Source of the DNA: an uncultured delta proteobacterium | Lineage (GTDB): Bacteria; Myxococcota_A; Polyangia; Fen-1088 | DNA length: 64,000 bases | Reading direction: 5' to 3' | NCBI GenBank assembly: GCA_963767925.1 | Contig: CAVYGB010000012.1 | Span: 1-64,000, forward strand | Shown: positions 20,756 to 30,930 of the stretch, one piece after another | How positions within the stretch are numbered: position 1 is the first letter of the stretch | How the letters are laid out: every line of letters starts with the position of its first letter | Program-made: the position numbers and the translations under genes | The notes under the pieces: model-generated | What the model was told of the DNA's origin: nothing | The model's database searches: none | The model's input: only the letters and a program-made list of their open reading frames with translations

Positions 20756-21421
20756 TCAGAACTCGATCACCAGGCTGACCCGCTCGGGAAAAGGCTGGTT
20801 GGGGGGCCTCGTCAGCCGGTAGCCGGGGGTGGCGAGCGCGCGGGCCACGCAGGCCCGCTGTTCCACCGTCAGGGCGGTGTGGGGGCCGACGGGCTCGAGG
20901 TCCTGGTCCGAGACGCTGCCGGTCTCCGGGTTGAGGGCGGCGACCCAGCGCAGGGCGCCGGGCCGGTCGGTGCCCTCGAAACACTGCGCGAGGCGGGGGC
21001 TGCGGGCGGTGGCCTGCAGGCGGAACTCGTCGATCCAGGTCGGCGGCGGCTGGGCGCCGGTCTGGTACCCGGGGCGCGGGCGGCGGTCGACCTCGCCGGC
21101 GAGCGGGGCGCGCCCGCGCGGCCGCGGCGGGCGGGGAGCGGGTGCTGCGGGGGGCGCCTTCGGCCCGGCCTGGGCCTGGACCGGCTCCGGGAGCTTCGCG
21201 GGCTGGCGCTCGCAATCGCAGCGAAGCAAGGCGGCGATCACCAGCAGCGGGGGGACGGCGAGCGCGAGGCGGCGGCGGCGGCGGTTCGGGTCCTGGCGGG
21301 TCCGGAGCGCCTGCACGCGGTCGCGGGCACGTGCGCGCATGTCGGCCAGGTTGCGCCGCAGGTCGCGCTTCACCTCCTGGCGCCGGGCCCGCAGGCTCCG
21401 GCGCAGGTCGTCCGGGCTCAC
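20756..21421 (-). CDS. Membrane-anchored hypothetical protein with Pro-rich linker and two-Cys C-terminal domain (AgmX/TonB-C-like)
   Basis: GTG start overlaps the upstream stop (GTGA). TM LALAVPPLLVIAALL, then RLAQCF...RACVARAL. Confidence 0.65.
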   Translation of the reverse strand: MSPDDLRRSLRARRQEVKRDLRRNLADMRARARDRVQALRTRQDPNRRRRRLALAVPPLLVIAALLRCDCERQPAKLPEPVQAQAGPKAPPAAPAPRPPRPRGRAPLAGEVDRRPRPGYQTGAQPPPTWIDEFRLQATARSPRLAQCFEGTDRPGALRWVAALNPETGSVSDQDLEPVGPHTALTVEQRACVARALATPGYRLTRPPNQPFPERVSLVIEF

Positions 21422-23115
21422 TCGGTCAACCTCCAGCCGAAGACCAGGGCGCCGTTGCGATCCCGCCACTCGACCGGCCGGAGCACCAGGGGGACGAACG
21501 CCGAGGGGGCCTCGGCGATCGGCGTGGGGAACGGCCAGGGCAAGGGGTCGGCGGGCGCGACCCGGACGTTGCCGGCGAAGGCCTCGCGCCGGGGGGACAG
21601 GGCGTGGGCCTTGCCCGCAGCCGAGGTCTCGACGTGGCTCAGACCCTCGAGCAGCCCGCGGGTGCGGCCGATCAGCTCGCGCGCGATCCGCCCCTGCGCC
21701 GCCGGCGTGCCCTCCCGGTCGGCGGCGAGCGCCTCGAGCAGGTCGAGCAGCAGCTTCAGCAAGGGCAGGTTTCCCGAGCGCGCCTCGTGCTCTTCGCTCT
21801 CGAGCCGCTCGAGGAGCTGCCGCACGAAGCGCAGGGTGAGCTGGGGCTCTTCCACCGCGGCCCTCCGCAGGTCGGTGACCAGCTCTCCCGCTCGCCCCTC
21901 GGCGAGCGGCCGCAGCCTGGCCGCCCGCGCGGCGAAGGCGCTGCCGGACCGCGGGTTGGTGAGGGCCCGCTCGAAGGATCGCCGGTCGGCGCGGAGGGCG
22001 GCCCGCCAGGCGAGATCCTCGAGGATGAGCTCGTACTCCTGGCGCGGCACCAGGGCGTCGAGGGTGGCGATGACCTCCTCGCTGGTCTCGTAGCGGGCGA
22101 GCAGGTAAGAGAGCCACCGGCGCGCGAGGCCCAGGACCGCCGCCGGCTCGCGCCCGCTCTCGGCGTGGGCCAGAGCGTAGGCGAACGAGCTCAGCGCCTC
22201 TTGCCGGCGCCCCTCCTCGAGGAAGGCCACCCCCCGGTGCAGCGCGATCGTGGCCCGCTCCCGGAAGCCGGAGGTGGGCGCCAGCTCGAGGAGGCGCTTG
22301 CCCCGGGGGTCGAGGACGAGCGCCCGGCGGCGGGTCTCGGGCGCCCCGGTCGCCTCGAGGAAGGCGATCCAGGCTTCGACCTCGTCGCCGGCCCCCCGCT
22401 CGATCAGGGCGTCGATGAGGGCGAGGACGAGCTGCTCGAGCGCGCCCCGGTCGCGCGCGTAGGGCCAGGCCTGGGCGAACAGGGCGATGCGCCGCGGGCG
22501 GCTCAGGGTCAGCCACGCGCGCGCCGGCCAGGTCAGGCTCCGGCGCAGGAACTCGGCCTGGCGCGACTGGGCTGGCCAGGCCGACGCCTGGGCGGCGACC
22601 TCCCCGGCCGCCTGATCCGAGACGCCGGCGTTCCGGGCCCGCTGGCGCGCGGCGGCCTCCTCCTGCCGGGCCCGCCGGGTCTGGAGCTGGGCGAGCGCGA
22701 GGTCGAGGTCGAAGATGCGGGCCTCCACCGCGGCGACGCTCTCCACCTTCCCCCGGACCAGCGTCTGCAGCGACAGGGTCAGCAGTCGGTGCAGGAGCTC
22801 CCCGGCGCTGGCTCGATCCTTCAGGTCCAGGCTGGCGGTGCCGGCGAGCTGGAGCGTCGTGATCCGCGGCAGGAAGCAGGTCTCCCCCGGCTGGAAGCGC
22901 GTCGAGCGCAGCTCGGCGAGCGACAGGACGTCGTGGAGCGAGACGAACCGCTGCTGCCGCCCCACCTCGAAGGCCTCGAACGGAGAAGGCGATTCTCCGA
23001 GGACCGAACGGCTCAGCCCCGCGACGACCCAGTTGTGCAGCGCCAGGGGCCAGAGGCCCGCGCCGCGTTCGTTCCGGGGAAAGCCGTCCAGACATCCTCG
23101 GACAGAGCCCGACAC
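21418..23115 (-). CDS. Hypothetical alpha-helical (TPR-like) protein; 5' part probably frameshifted or degraded
   Basis: 565-aa ORF with typical codon usage and coupled to the next gene. No convincing start, and signal-peptide-like sequence lies upstream (about 23350) in another frame. Confidence 0.6.
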   Translation of the reverse strand: MSGSVRGCLDGFPRNERGAGLWPLALHNWVVAGLSRSVLGESPSPFEAFEVGRQQRFVSLHDVLSLAELRSTRFQPGETCFLPRITTLQLAGTASLDLKDRASAGELLHRLLTLSLQTLVRGKVESVAAVEARIFDLDLALAQLQTRRARQEEAAARQRARNAGVSDQAAGEVAAQASAWPAQSRQAEFLRRSLTWPARAWLTLSRPRRIALFAQAWPYARDRGALEQLVLALIDALIERGAGDEVEAWIAFLEATGAPETRRRALVLDPRGKRLLELAPTSGFRERATIALHRGVAFLEEGRRQEALSSFAYALAHAESGREPAAVLGLARRWLSYLLARYETSEEVIATLDALVPRQEYELILEDLAWRAALRADRRSFERALTNPRSGSAFAARAARLRPLAEGRAGELVTDLRRAAVEEPQLTLRFVRQLLERLESEEHEARSGNLPLLKLLLDLLEALAADREGTPAAQGRIARELIGRTRGLLEGLSHVETSAAGKAHALSPRREAFAGNVRVAPADPLPWPFPTPIAEAPSAFVPLVLRPVEWRDRNGALVFGWRLTE

Positions 23116-23646
23116 CGGCGCGCACCATCCAGGTGGTCGCCGGCCTCATGCCCGAGGCGCATGCCAGAGGCGCTGACCAACCGCGAGCGGCAGAGCGCAC
23201 TCATCGCCGACAGCGAGCGCCCCTTCGTCCCCGACCACGACGACCTTCCCCTTCTCCTGCTCGCGCAGGGGGGCCGCACACGCGTCCATCGAGCGCTCCC
23301 GGAGTGATGGCGACGACCTCGAGAAGGGCGAGCACCGGGAGGAGGACCGTCAAGGACCTCCCGGCGCGCAGTCCGGGACGGCGGAGCGGGGCGGCGCCGA
23401 TCCCGCCCGAAGTTACCGTCTCGTAGCGGCTGGTAGGCGGCCGGCGCCCGAGGAGACTCCTCCTCGGGATCGAAGCCGGTCTCCGTACCGACGGCACCCG
23501 ATGGTCGGGGTCGGCCGGGCGGTCATGGCAGCTACAACTTCTGCGCGCCGGACGCCGACTGTAACCTGGCTGACCTAAATCGTTACCTCCCTTGCTGCTC
23601 TTCGAAACGTGTGGGTCCCCGGCACTCATGTAGAGTCGTGTCGTAC

Positions 23647-25479
23647 ATGCTCAGAAAAGAACTCGCCCACGTCGTCATCCTGGGCGGCGGGTTCGCCGGC
23701 CTGGCTGCGGCACGCGCGCTCAACGTGCGGGGTGTCCGGGTGACGATGGTCGACCGGTGCAACCATCACCTCTTCCAGCCCCTCCTCTACCAGGTGGCGA
23801 CCGCGGCGCTCGCCGCGCCCGACGTGTCGACCCCGATCCGCCAGCTCCTGCGCCACCAGCGCAACCTGACCGTGTTCATGGGGGAGGTGCAGCGGATCGA
23901 CGTCGAGGGACGGCGGATCCTCCTCGAGGGGCGTTACCTCGACTACGACTACCTGATCCTCGCCACCGGGATGGCCCAGAGCTACTTCGGCAACGACCAC
24001 TGGGCGGCCCACGCCCCCAGCCTGAAGACCATCGGCGAGGCCCTCGACATCCGCCGGCGGATCCTGCGCGCCTTCGAGTCGGCGGAGCTGGAGGACCACC
24101 CGGCCGCCCGCCGGATCTGGACGACGTTCGTTGTCATCGGCGGCGGCCCGACCGGGGTCGAGCTGGCGGGCGCGCTCGCGGAGATCGCAGGCCGCACGCT
24201 GGCCCAGGACTTCCGCCGGTTCGATCCCCGCACCACCCGGGTCATCCTCATCGAGGCCGGCGCCCGGGTGCTGGCCACCTTCCCCCCGGAGCTCTCCCAG
24301 AAGGCGAAGGAGCACCTCGAGGCGCTCGGGATCGAAGTGCGGCTCGGCGGACGGGTCACCGACATCGGCGAGACCTACGTGGCGATCGGCCAGGACCGGA
24401 TTCCCACCCGGACCGTGCTCTGGGCGGCCGGCGTGCGCGCCACCTCGCTGACCGGAGAGCTCGGCACCGCGCTCGACAACGCCGGGCGGGTCCTGGTGGC
24501 CGACGACCTCTCGGTCCCCTGCCGCCCGGAGATCTTCGTCGCCGGCGACCTGATCTCCAAGCTCCAGAACGGCCGCCCGCTCCCCGGCGTCGCCCAGCTC
24601 GCCATCCAGAGCGGCCGGGCCGCGGCTCGCAACATCATCCTCGGCCTCAGGGGCAAGCCGCGCCTCCCCTTCGTCTACAAGGACAAGGGGATGATGGCGA
24701 CCATCGGGCGCAACCGGGCGGTGGCCCAGATGGGCCCCTTCCGCTCTTCCGGCATCATCGCCTGGTTCCTCTGGCTGATCGTCCACCTCCTGTCGTTGAT
24801 CGGCTTCCGGAGCCGCATCTCGGTGTTGATGGAGTGGGCCTTCGCCTACTTCACCTGGAACCGCCGCTCGCGCGTCATCCTCGAGGCGCCGAGCCCGCCG
24901 CGTGCGGCGACGGTCGTCCCGCGCGCGGTGCCCCCCAGCCCGCCGGTCGCCGCGACCGCCGCGCTGCCGGCCGCCCCGTTCGTGCCGCCCGCCGTGGCCC
25001 CCGCCCCGCCGCCGGCCGCGCCCGCCCCGCGGGCCGTCACCTACCCCCAGCCGGCTGTGGCCTACGCCCAGCCGCCGGTCCCCCACGCCCAGCCGGCCGT
25101 GGCCCACGCGCAGACGGCGATTGCGTCTGCCCCGCGGGCGGTGCCCTCCGGCCCGCGGCCGGTCGCCCCCTTCACTCCGCCGGCCGTCGGTCCCCTCACC
25201 CCGCCTGCCGTCGCGCCCGTCGCCTACCCCGCGCGCGCTGTCGCCAACCCGGCGCCGCCGTCCATCGCCCCCGCCACCCGCAGCACGCGACCCCCTCCCC
25301 TGCCCCCCTCCGCGACCGGCCCCCGGCAAACCGGCTCTTTCCCGGTCGTCCCCACGCCCGACCACCGCCCGGCCCGCACCGCCAGCGCCTCCCGCTCGCC
25401 CCACCCCGATCACGCCCACGACCGGACGACCGTCGACCTGGTCCCCCCGACCGAGAGCCGCGGCCGCCGCCAGCGCTAG
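23647..25479 (+). CDS. ndh: Type II NADH dehydrogenase with long Pro/Ala-rich tail
   Basis: GGGFAG, HLFQPLLYQVAT, GGGPTGVELAG, LWAAG, PGVAQLAIQ, YKDKGMMATIGR. Confidence 0.92.
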   Translation: MLRKELAHVVILGGGFAGLAAARALNVRGVRVTMVDRCNHHLFQPLLYQVATAALAAPDVSTPIRQLLRHQRNLTVFMGEVQRIDVEGRRILLEGRYLDYDYLILATGMAQSYFGNDHWAAHAPSLKTIGEALDIRRRILRAFESAELEDHPAARRIWTTFVVIGGGPTGVELAGALAEIAGRTLAQDFRRFDPRTTRVILIEAGARVLATFPPELSQKAKEHLEALGIEVRLGGRVTDIGETYVAIGQDRIPTRTVLWAAGVRATSLTGELGTALDNAGRVLVADDLSVPCRPEIFVAGDLISKLQNGRPLPGVAQLAIQSGRAAARNIILGLRGKPRLPFVYKDKGMMATIGRNRAVAQMGPFRSSGIIAWFLWLIVHLLSLIGFRSRISVLMEWAFAYFTWNRRSRVILEAPSPPRAATVVPRAVPPSPPVAATAALPAAPFVPPAVAPAPPPAAPAPRAVTYPQPAVAYAQPPVPHAQPAVAHAQTAIASAPRAVPSGPRPVAPFTPPAVGPLTPPAVAPVAYPARAVANPAPPSIAPATRSTRPPPLPPSATGPRQTGSFPVVPTPDHRPARTASASRSPHPDHAHDRTTVDLVPPTESRGRRQR

Positions 25480-25518
25480 CGAGCGCCAGGGGGCGCGGGA
25501 CCGCGGGAGGTCCCGCTC

Positions 25519-26462
25519 CTACTGCTTGATCCGAGCCTCTTCGTAGTCGTCGGGGTTCTGCCGGCCAAGCGACGCGATCTGGGCCATCCGCTCCTGGTGC
25601 TTCCGGTTCTGCTCGGCCTGCCAGGCGGGGTTGACCTGGAAGGAGCGGCCCATGGCATCGAGCATCGGCAGGTAGGCCCGCGGATCGCCGGTGGTGGCGA
25701 TCCCGGAGACGGTGGCGATCCAGAAGGGGCCGCTGTCGAAGGTGGTACCGACGACCAGGGCCCGCATGGGCTTGCCGGCGTCGAGATACGTGTACGTCAC
25801 GTTGGCGACGGTCGGGGCCATCTGCAAGCCGGCGGCGGCAAACTTCTCCCGCAGCCGCGCCTCGGCCTCCGGGTTGGCCTCGGTGGCGGCCAGCTTGAAC
25901 TGCGGCAGCCGGCCGAACTTGCGCTTCACGTAGCCGGGAAGTAGGCGGTGGCGGGCACGAAGGCCTCGATCCGCATGCGAGGATGGGCCCGGGTTATGTC
26001 GTGGTGGACGGGGGTCGCGGTGGCCGGGTTCCAGTATTGCGGGATGCTGGGATCGCCGCTGAAAATCAGGGCGCTGCCGTCCGGGCTGACCGAGGTGGCC
26101 ACCGTGCTGTGGATGTCGAACACCCGGGCCGAGTAGGTTCGGTTGTGCCAGCCTTCGGCATCCCGACGGTGTATCCGTTCTCGACCGGATCGCGCATCGT
26201 CACCAGCTCGGTAGTGGGCGGCGTGCTTCGCCGCGCGCTCGCCTTCGCCGGCCTGGCCGCGGGCGCGGGCGGGCCGCCCGCCGGATCGCGGGGGGTGGCA
26301 GGCGCGGCGGCGGGGTCGTTGCCCATCCCGTTGCTCACCCGGGTGCAGCCCAGCGCCAGCGTGAGCGCCACCAGCGCGGCCCCGGCGGTCGCTCCCCGGC
26401 GGCCGCCCATCCCCCCGCTACCTGCCTGGTCCTTCGCGCGACGCGGAGGCGTTTTCGCCATG
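25519..26462 (-). pseudogene. Hypothetical lipoprotein split by two single-base deletions (or sequencing errors)
   Basis: Lipobox LALGC. Frames join as MPK-G-WHNRTYSARVF (about 26152) and AYFP-GYVKRKFG (about 25936). Confidence 0.65.
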
Positions 26463-26675
26463 ATCAAGTGTAGCGACGAGTAGTACCCGTCACGCAAAAA
26501 TAACCGCTCCCGCGGCTCGGGCCCAGCGCGATCCGCGAAGAGACCAGCGCGGCGATCGCCGCTCGTCGCGCAGGGTAGCCTTGCAGGTCCGCCACGCCGA
26601 AATGCCGACCAACGACGCTTCGGCGGGCGCCTCGACTTCGGGGAGGCCGAGGTCGAGATCTGACCGGGAGGCCGC

Positions 26676-27146
26676 TCACTTGCCGGGCGGGGGCTTGCTG
26701 CTGGTCAGGGTGGTGAAGTCCTCGGTGCGGGCGACGTCGGCGAAGGCCCGGACGATGTCGGCGGGCGGGACGACGATCTTGCGGGCGCGCAGATCGAGCC
26801 AGGCGCCGTCGACCTCGATCGTCGCGGCCAGCTCGGCGCCCCGCAGGATCTGGTGGCGCATCCGCCACTTGCGCCCGTCGGCGGAGGAGGCGGCCAGGCG
26901 CAGGTCGATCTCGAGCTGATCGCCCAGGCGAAGCTCACGCAGGAAGCGGGCCTCTTCGCGGAAGAGCACGGGGCCGATCGCGCTGGCCGCCATCCAGGCC
27001 AGGCCCACCCCCTTGCCCTCCAGGTAGGTGATGCGAACCATGGCCCCCCAGTCGTAGTAGACGGAGTGCCGGACGTGGCCGTTGGGGTCGAGGTCGGCCC
27101 AGCGCAGGCCGACCGACATCCGGAACGCGGGCGCGGAGTCTTCCAT
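26676..27146 (-). CDS. Acyl-CoA thioesterase (4HBT hot-dog fold)
   Basis: LRWADLDPNGHVRHSVYYD and GPVLFREEARFLRELR. Confidence 0.9.
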   Translation of the reverse strand: MEDSAPAFRMSVGLRWADLDPNGHVRHSVYYDWGAMVRITYLEGKGVGLAWMAASAIGPVLFREEARFLRELRLGDQLEIDLRLAASSADGRKWRMRHQILRGAELAATIEVDGAWLDLRARKIVVPPADIVRAFADVARTEDFTTLTSSKPPPGK

Positions 27147-27164
27147 CGGAGGCGCGAGCCTACC

Positions 27165-28229
27165 TCAAGGGGCGGTCCCCAGGATGCTCTGCTTGAACTC
27201 CTTTTGCATCAGGAGCTTGATGTTGGCCTCGACGATCTCGCCCATGGTCCGACATCGGAGGAAGACCGCGTTCTCGTGGTGGGCGGCGAGCTCCGACCCG
27301 AGGTTCGCCGATCTTGTCGGAGGGCGAGATCGCGTCGGTGCGCATGATGGTGAGCAGCTCGCTCAGGCGGCTCCACTCGACCTTGGCCCGGGCGGCGATC
27401 AGGCTCCGCTCCTCGAGCTGGTACTGCTTCACCGTCTCGGGCTCCATGTGCTCGATGCCGAGGAAGATGATGGGGTTGTTCTCCCGGAAGTACTGCGGCA
27501 GGTAGAAGTTCTGCCGCCCCTCGTAGGACTGCTGATCGAAGTCGATGGCCCGCAGCCGGAACTGCGAGCCCTCGATGTCCGGGGTGACGGCGACGACGAA
27601 GTTGTACGAGCGCATGTCCCCCAGCAGCCGCACGAAGCAGCGCTCGTTGAACTTCACGAACTCCTTGGCCAGGCGGATGTGGTTGAAGACGGAGCCCTGC
27701 AGGTGGTCGCGCATGAAGTCGTCGCCGGGGATGCCGATGATGTGCTCCTCGACCAGGGTCTCGCTCGTGCACCAGGAAGGTCACCGTGTTGGGCGAGAGC
27801 AGCTCCTCCAGCTCGAGGCCGTAGACGCGCGAGGCGTCGGTGCGCTTGATGTAGAAGTGGTCGTAGTTGTCGTTGAGCCGGTTGATGATCCGGACGCGGA
27901 AGGGGTGGGTGTTGCCGAAGGTGCAGTAGTCGATGCGGGCGACGGTGAGCTGATTCAGGATGCCGAGGTCCCCGCCCGCCTTGAGCAGGGAGTAGATGTA
28001 CGTGAGGGCCCGGTACAGGTCCTGCTGCTCGGCGGGGCGCGAGGTGGACCGTCTCCCAGAGCGTGTCCTGGTTCCGCTCGTTCAGCAGGGGGACGCGGAA
28101 GCCGTGGCGCAGAAGGTCCTCGTAGCGCAGGGGCAGCTCGGCCGCCCGGTTGTACTTCTTGAGGTATCCGACCAGGGCGGATCCCACCGGGAACGCCGGC
28201 TTCCGCCTGGAGGGGATATTGCCGCGCAT
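27165..28229 (-). pseudogene. Hypothetical protein with atypical-kinase-like motifs; three +1 frameshifts
   Basis: Repairing frames near 28035, 27765 and 27308 gives one protein of about 350 aa containing FYIK, LLGDMRSYNF and RAIDFD. Confidence 0.7.
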
Positions 28230-28359
28230 CTTCCACCTCCAGTATAGGCGGTCCGCCGGAGGACCTCACGGCGCCCAGGGCGGGTGCTCGCCCCCCGGCT
28301 CCCGCTCATTCCGATCCCGCTCGTCACCCCCGTGGGCAGGAGGGCCGCCCCGCTCCGGG

Positions 28360-28545
28360 TCAGGGGCGGCGCGCGACCCAGGCGACGTTCTCCAGCTCCA
28401 GCACGGGCTCGTCCCGCTGGTTGCGGGTGGTCCAGCGGAGCAGAGCGGTGCCGAAAGTGGGGCGGGAGCGCGACGGGCGGGTCTCCAGCACCTCGATCGT
28501 GAGGCGGAGGGTGCCCGGACGGGCGGGACGGGGCCAGCGCATCTG
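28360..28545 (-). pseudogene. MaoC-family dehydratase, C-terminal fragment
   Basis: MRWPRPARPG-TLRLTIEVLETRPSRSRPTFG...NQRDEPVLE. The 5' half is replaced by a GTGCAC repeat tract. Confidence 0.7.
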
Positions 28546-28546
28546 C

Positions 28547-28668
28547 CGGGATCCGTCAAACGTGCGCGTCTCACGTGGACTGGACGTGGACGTGCACGTG
28601 CACGTGCACGTGCACGAAAACGAGCACGGGATCCGTCAGACGTGCACGACTCGGTGCTCGTGCACGTC
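28547..28668. repeat. (GTGCAC)n palindromic microsatellite between 22-bp direct repeats
   Basis: GACGTGGACGTGCACGTGCACGTGCACGTGCACG, with CGGGATCCGTCARACGTGCRCG at 28547 and 28627. Confidence 0.8.
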
Positions 28669-28763
28669 TCCCGACGGGGCGAAGGCACAATCCCCGTCCC
28701 CGCCCCCGCTTCCGCGTATATGCTCGGCGGCTCCCCGAAGTTGTGCCCTTGCAGGAGTCACCG

Positions 28764-29639
28764 ATGCGCGACGCCCGTTCCATGCCATCCCGATCTCTCG
28801 CTCTCCCCGGCTCCGGCTCGACGCCGGGACTGGCGCTGGCCCTGGCGTTCCTGCTGGCCGGATGCGCCGCTGGCACGGAGGAGGGCGCTGGCCCTCCCGC
28901 GACCGGAGGCGCCCCGGCCCCCACCGCGGGAAGCCGGGCGGGCGCCGGCGGTAGCGGCGGTAGCACCGCTGGCAGCGGCGGCAGCAGCGGCGGCCAGCCC
29001 GGGGGCGCGGCGGGCGCCGGCGGAGCGACAGGCGGCGCGCCGGCCCCGGGCCGGGATGGCGCGGCCGGAGGCGGTGCGCGCGATGCCGGCGTCCGCGCCG
29101 CCGACGCCACCAACCGGGACGCCGCCCGCGACGGCGCCGTGGATCGGGCGGCAGCCAGCGGGCCGTTCGCCCTCAGCAGCAGCGCCTTCGATCCGGACGG
29201 CATCATCATGCGCCGGTACCGCTGCTCGTACGAAGACGTGTCGCCCCCGCTGAGCTGGACCCCGGGGCCCGCGGGGACGCGGAGCTACGCCATCACCATG
29301 CGCAGCGCCGGCTCGCCCCACTGGGCGCTCTGGGACATCGCCGCCGACGTCACCTCCCTCCCGGAGAAGATCGAGCGCCTGGCCACCCCGCCGGTGCCCG
29401 CCGGGTCCAAGCAGTGCAAGCCCAACGTCGACGGGTCGACCTGGTACGGCTACGCCGGCGCCTGCCCGATGGGCGGCACCAACCTCCGCCCCTACTACTT
29501 CGAGCTGTACGCCCTCCGGGTCGACCAGCTCCCCGGCGTGAGCCCTGAATCGAACATCCGCGCGGTCAACGCCGCCCTCATGGCCAACCAGGTGGGCGTC
29601 GCCCGCCTCACGGTGATGGCCAGCCCCACCAGCCCCTGA
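28764..29639 (+). CDS. YbhB/YbcL (PEBP) family lipoprotein with Gly-rich linker
   Basis: AGGAG RBS, lipobox LAGC, LSSSAF, VSPPLSW, HWALWDI, YAGACP...YYFELYAL. Confidence 0.85.
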   Translation: MRDARSMPSRSLALPGSGSTPGLALALAFLLAGCAAGTEEGAGPPATGGAPAPTAGSRAGAGGSGGSTAGSGGSSGGQPGGAAGAGGATGGAPAPGRDGAAGGGARDAGVRAADATNRDAARDGAVDRAAASGPFALSSSAFDPDGIIMRRYRCSYEDVSPPLSWTPGPAGTRSYAITMRSAGSPHWALWDIAADVTSLPEKIERLATPPVPAGSKQCKPNVDGSTWYGYAGACPMGGTNLRPYYFELYALRVDQLPGVSPESNIRAVNAALMANQVGVARLTVMASPTSP

Positions 29640-29649
29640 CCGACGCCCC

Positions 29650-29765
29650 CCGCTGCCTGTTTGCCCTCTCCCCGCGGTCGTCTGCGGACGTGGGGAGAGG
29701 GCAGGTGAGGGGAGGTTGCCTCGCCGGAAGCCCCTCACCCGGCGCGCAGACGCGGGGAGAGGTGA
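29650..29765. repeat. Pair of REP-like palindromes between convergent genes
   Basis: GCCCTCTCCCC...GGGGAGAGGGCAGGTGAGGGG followed by CCCCTCACCC...GGGGAGAGG. Same family as the 20.1-20.75 kb repeats. Confidence 0.7.
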
Positions 29766-29803
29766 AGCTGGAGCGGCACCCGAGAAGCTGGAGCGGCGCC
29801 CGC

Positions 29804-30859
29804 CTAGCGCGAGCGGCTGTCCTCGGGGGACTGGTAGTAGTCCACCGTGGCGCCCAGCCGCTCGAGGATGGGCGCGGTGGCCTGGTCCAGGCGGGCCAGC
29901 ACCTCGGGCGACAGCACGATCGACAGGGCGCGGACGTTGGCCTCGAGCTGGGCGCTCGTGCGCGAGCCGACGATGGCGCAGGTGATGGCGGGGTTGGCCA
30001 GGGCCCAGGTCAGCGCCAGGTCGGCCAGCGGCAGGCCGACGTCGGCGGCGATGGCAGCGATCGCCTGCAGGGCGACCCAGGTCTCGGCCTCGATGCCCGG
30101 CCCGCCGTGGCGCGAGCCCGCCCGCTGGCCCGAGAAGTGGCGCAGGCGGGTGCGGGCGGCCGGCAGCTCGTCGAAGGGGCGCACCGGATCGGAGAGCACG
30201 CCCTGCATGAGGGCCATGTAGCCGAGCACGCCGATCCCCTGGGCCTGACAGGCGGGCAGCAGGGCGGGCTCGATGCCGCGCATGAGCAGGTTGTAGGGCA
30301 GCTCGTTGGCGGCGAGGTCCGCTCCGGCGGCGTGCGCCTCGGCGAGCTGCTCCACCCCGAAGTTGCTGACCCCGAAGGCGCGGATCTTCCCCTCGCGCCG
30401 CAGGTCGGCCAGGGTGGCGAAGGCCTCGGGGACGCTGGGCGGCTGACGCAGCAGCGCCTCGTCGCTGGTAAAGTGCCGGAGCGAGCTCGGGTTGATCGGC
30501 CAGTGCACGAGGTAGAGATCGATCCAGTCGCTGCCCAGGCGGGCGAGGCTGGCCTCGCAGTGGGCCCGCAGCAGGGCCGGGCTCGTGTTGTGGGGGCTGA
30601 TCTTCGAGACCACGAGCGCGCCATCCCGCCGCCCCTTCAGCGCCTGCCCGAGCGACGTCTCGCTGGCCCCGGCGTTGTAGGCCTCCGCGGTGTCGAAGGC
30701 GGTGAGCCCCAGGTCGATCGCGCGGTGCACGACCGCCTCCACATCGCCCTGGTTCTGGGGCCCCCAGTAGTCGCCGCCGCCGAAGGACCAGGTTCCGACG
30801 ACTAGCCTCGGCAGGCGCAGCCCGGAGGTTCCGCAGGGACGCAGCTCGACGACCGACAT
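29804..30859 (-). CDS. Aldo/keto reductase
   Basis: GTWSFGG, FDTAEAY, IDLYLVHWP, GVSNF, YNLL. Confidence 0.93.
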   Translation of the reverse strand: MSVVELRPCGTSGLRLPRLVVGTWSFGGGDYWGPQNQGDVEAVVHRAIDLGLTAFDTAEAYNAGASETSLGQALKGRRDGALVVSKISPHNTSPALLRAHCEASLARLGSDWIDLYLVHWPINPSSLRHFTSDEALLRQPPSVPEAFATLADLRREGKIRAFGVSNFGVEQLAEAHAAGADLAANELPYNLLMRGIEPALLPACQAQGIGVLGYMALMQGVLSDPVRPFDELPAARTRLRHFSGQRAGSRHGGPGIEAETWVALQAIAAIAADVGLPLADLALTWALANPAITCAIVGSRTSAQLEANVRALSIVLSPEVLARLDQATAPILERLGATVDYYQSPEDSRSR

Positions 30860-30930
30860 GCCTCCCTCTTAACAAGCGCGACCCTCGGGCATCGAGGGAA
30901 AACGCCGCCGCTTCCCCTAAGCTTCCCGGC

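Noticed and set aside
19657..21215. Repeat-protein ORFs across the 90-bp array
   Set aside because: Open frames follow from a stop-poor unit of 90 bp. There is no start context and they overlap real genes.
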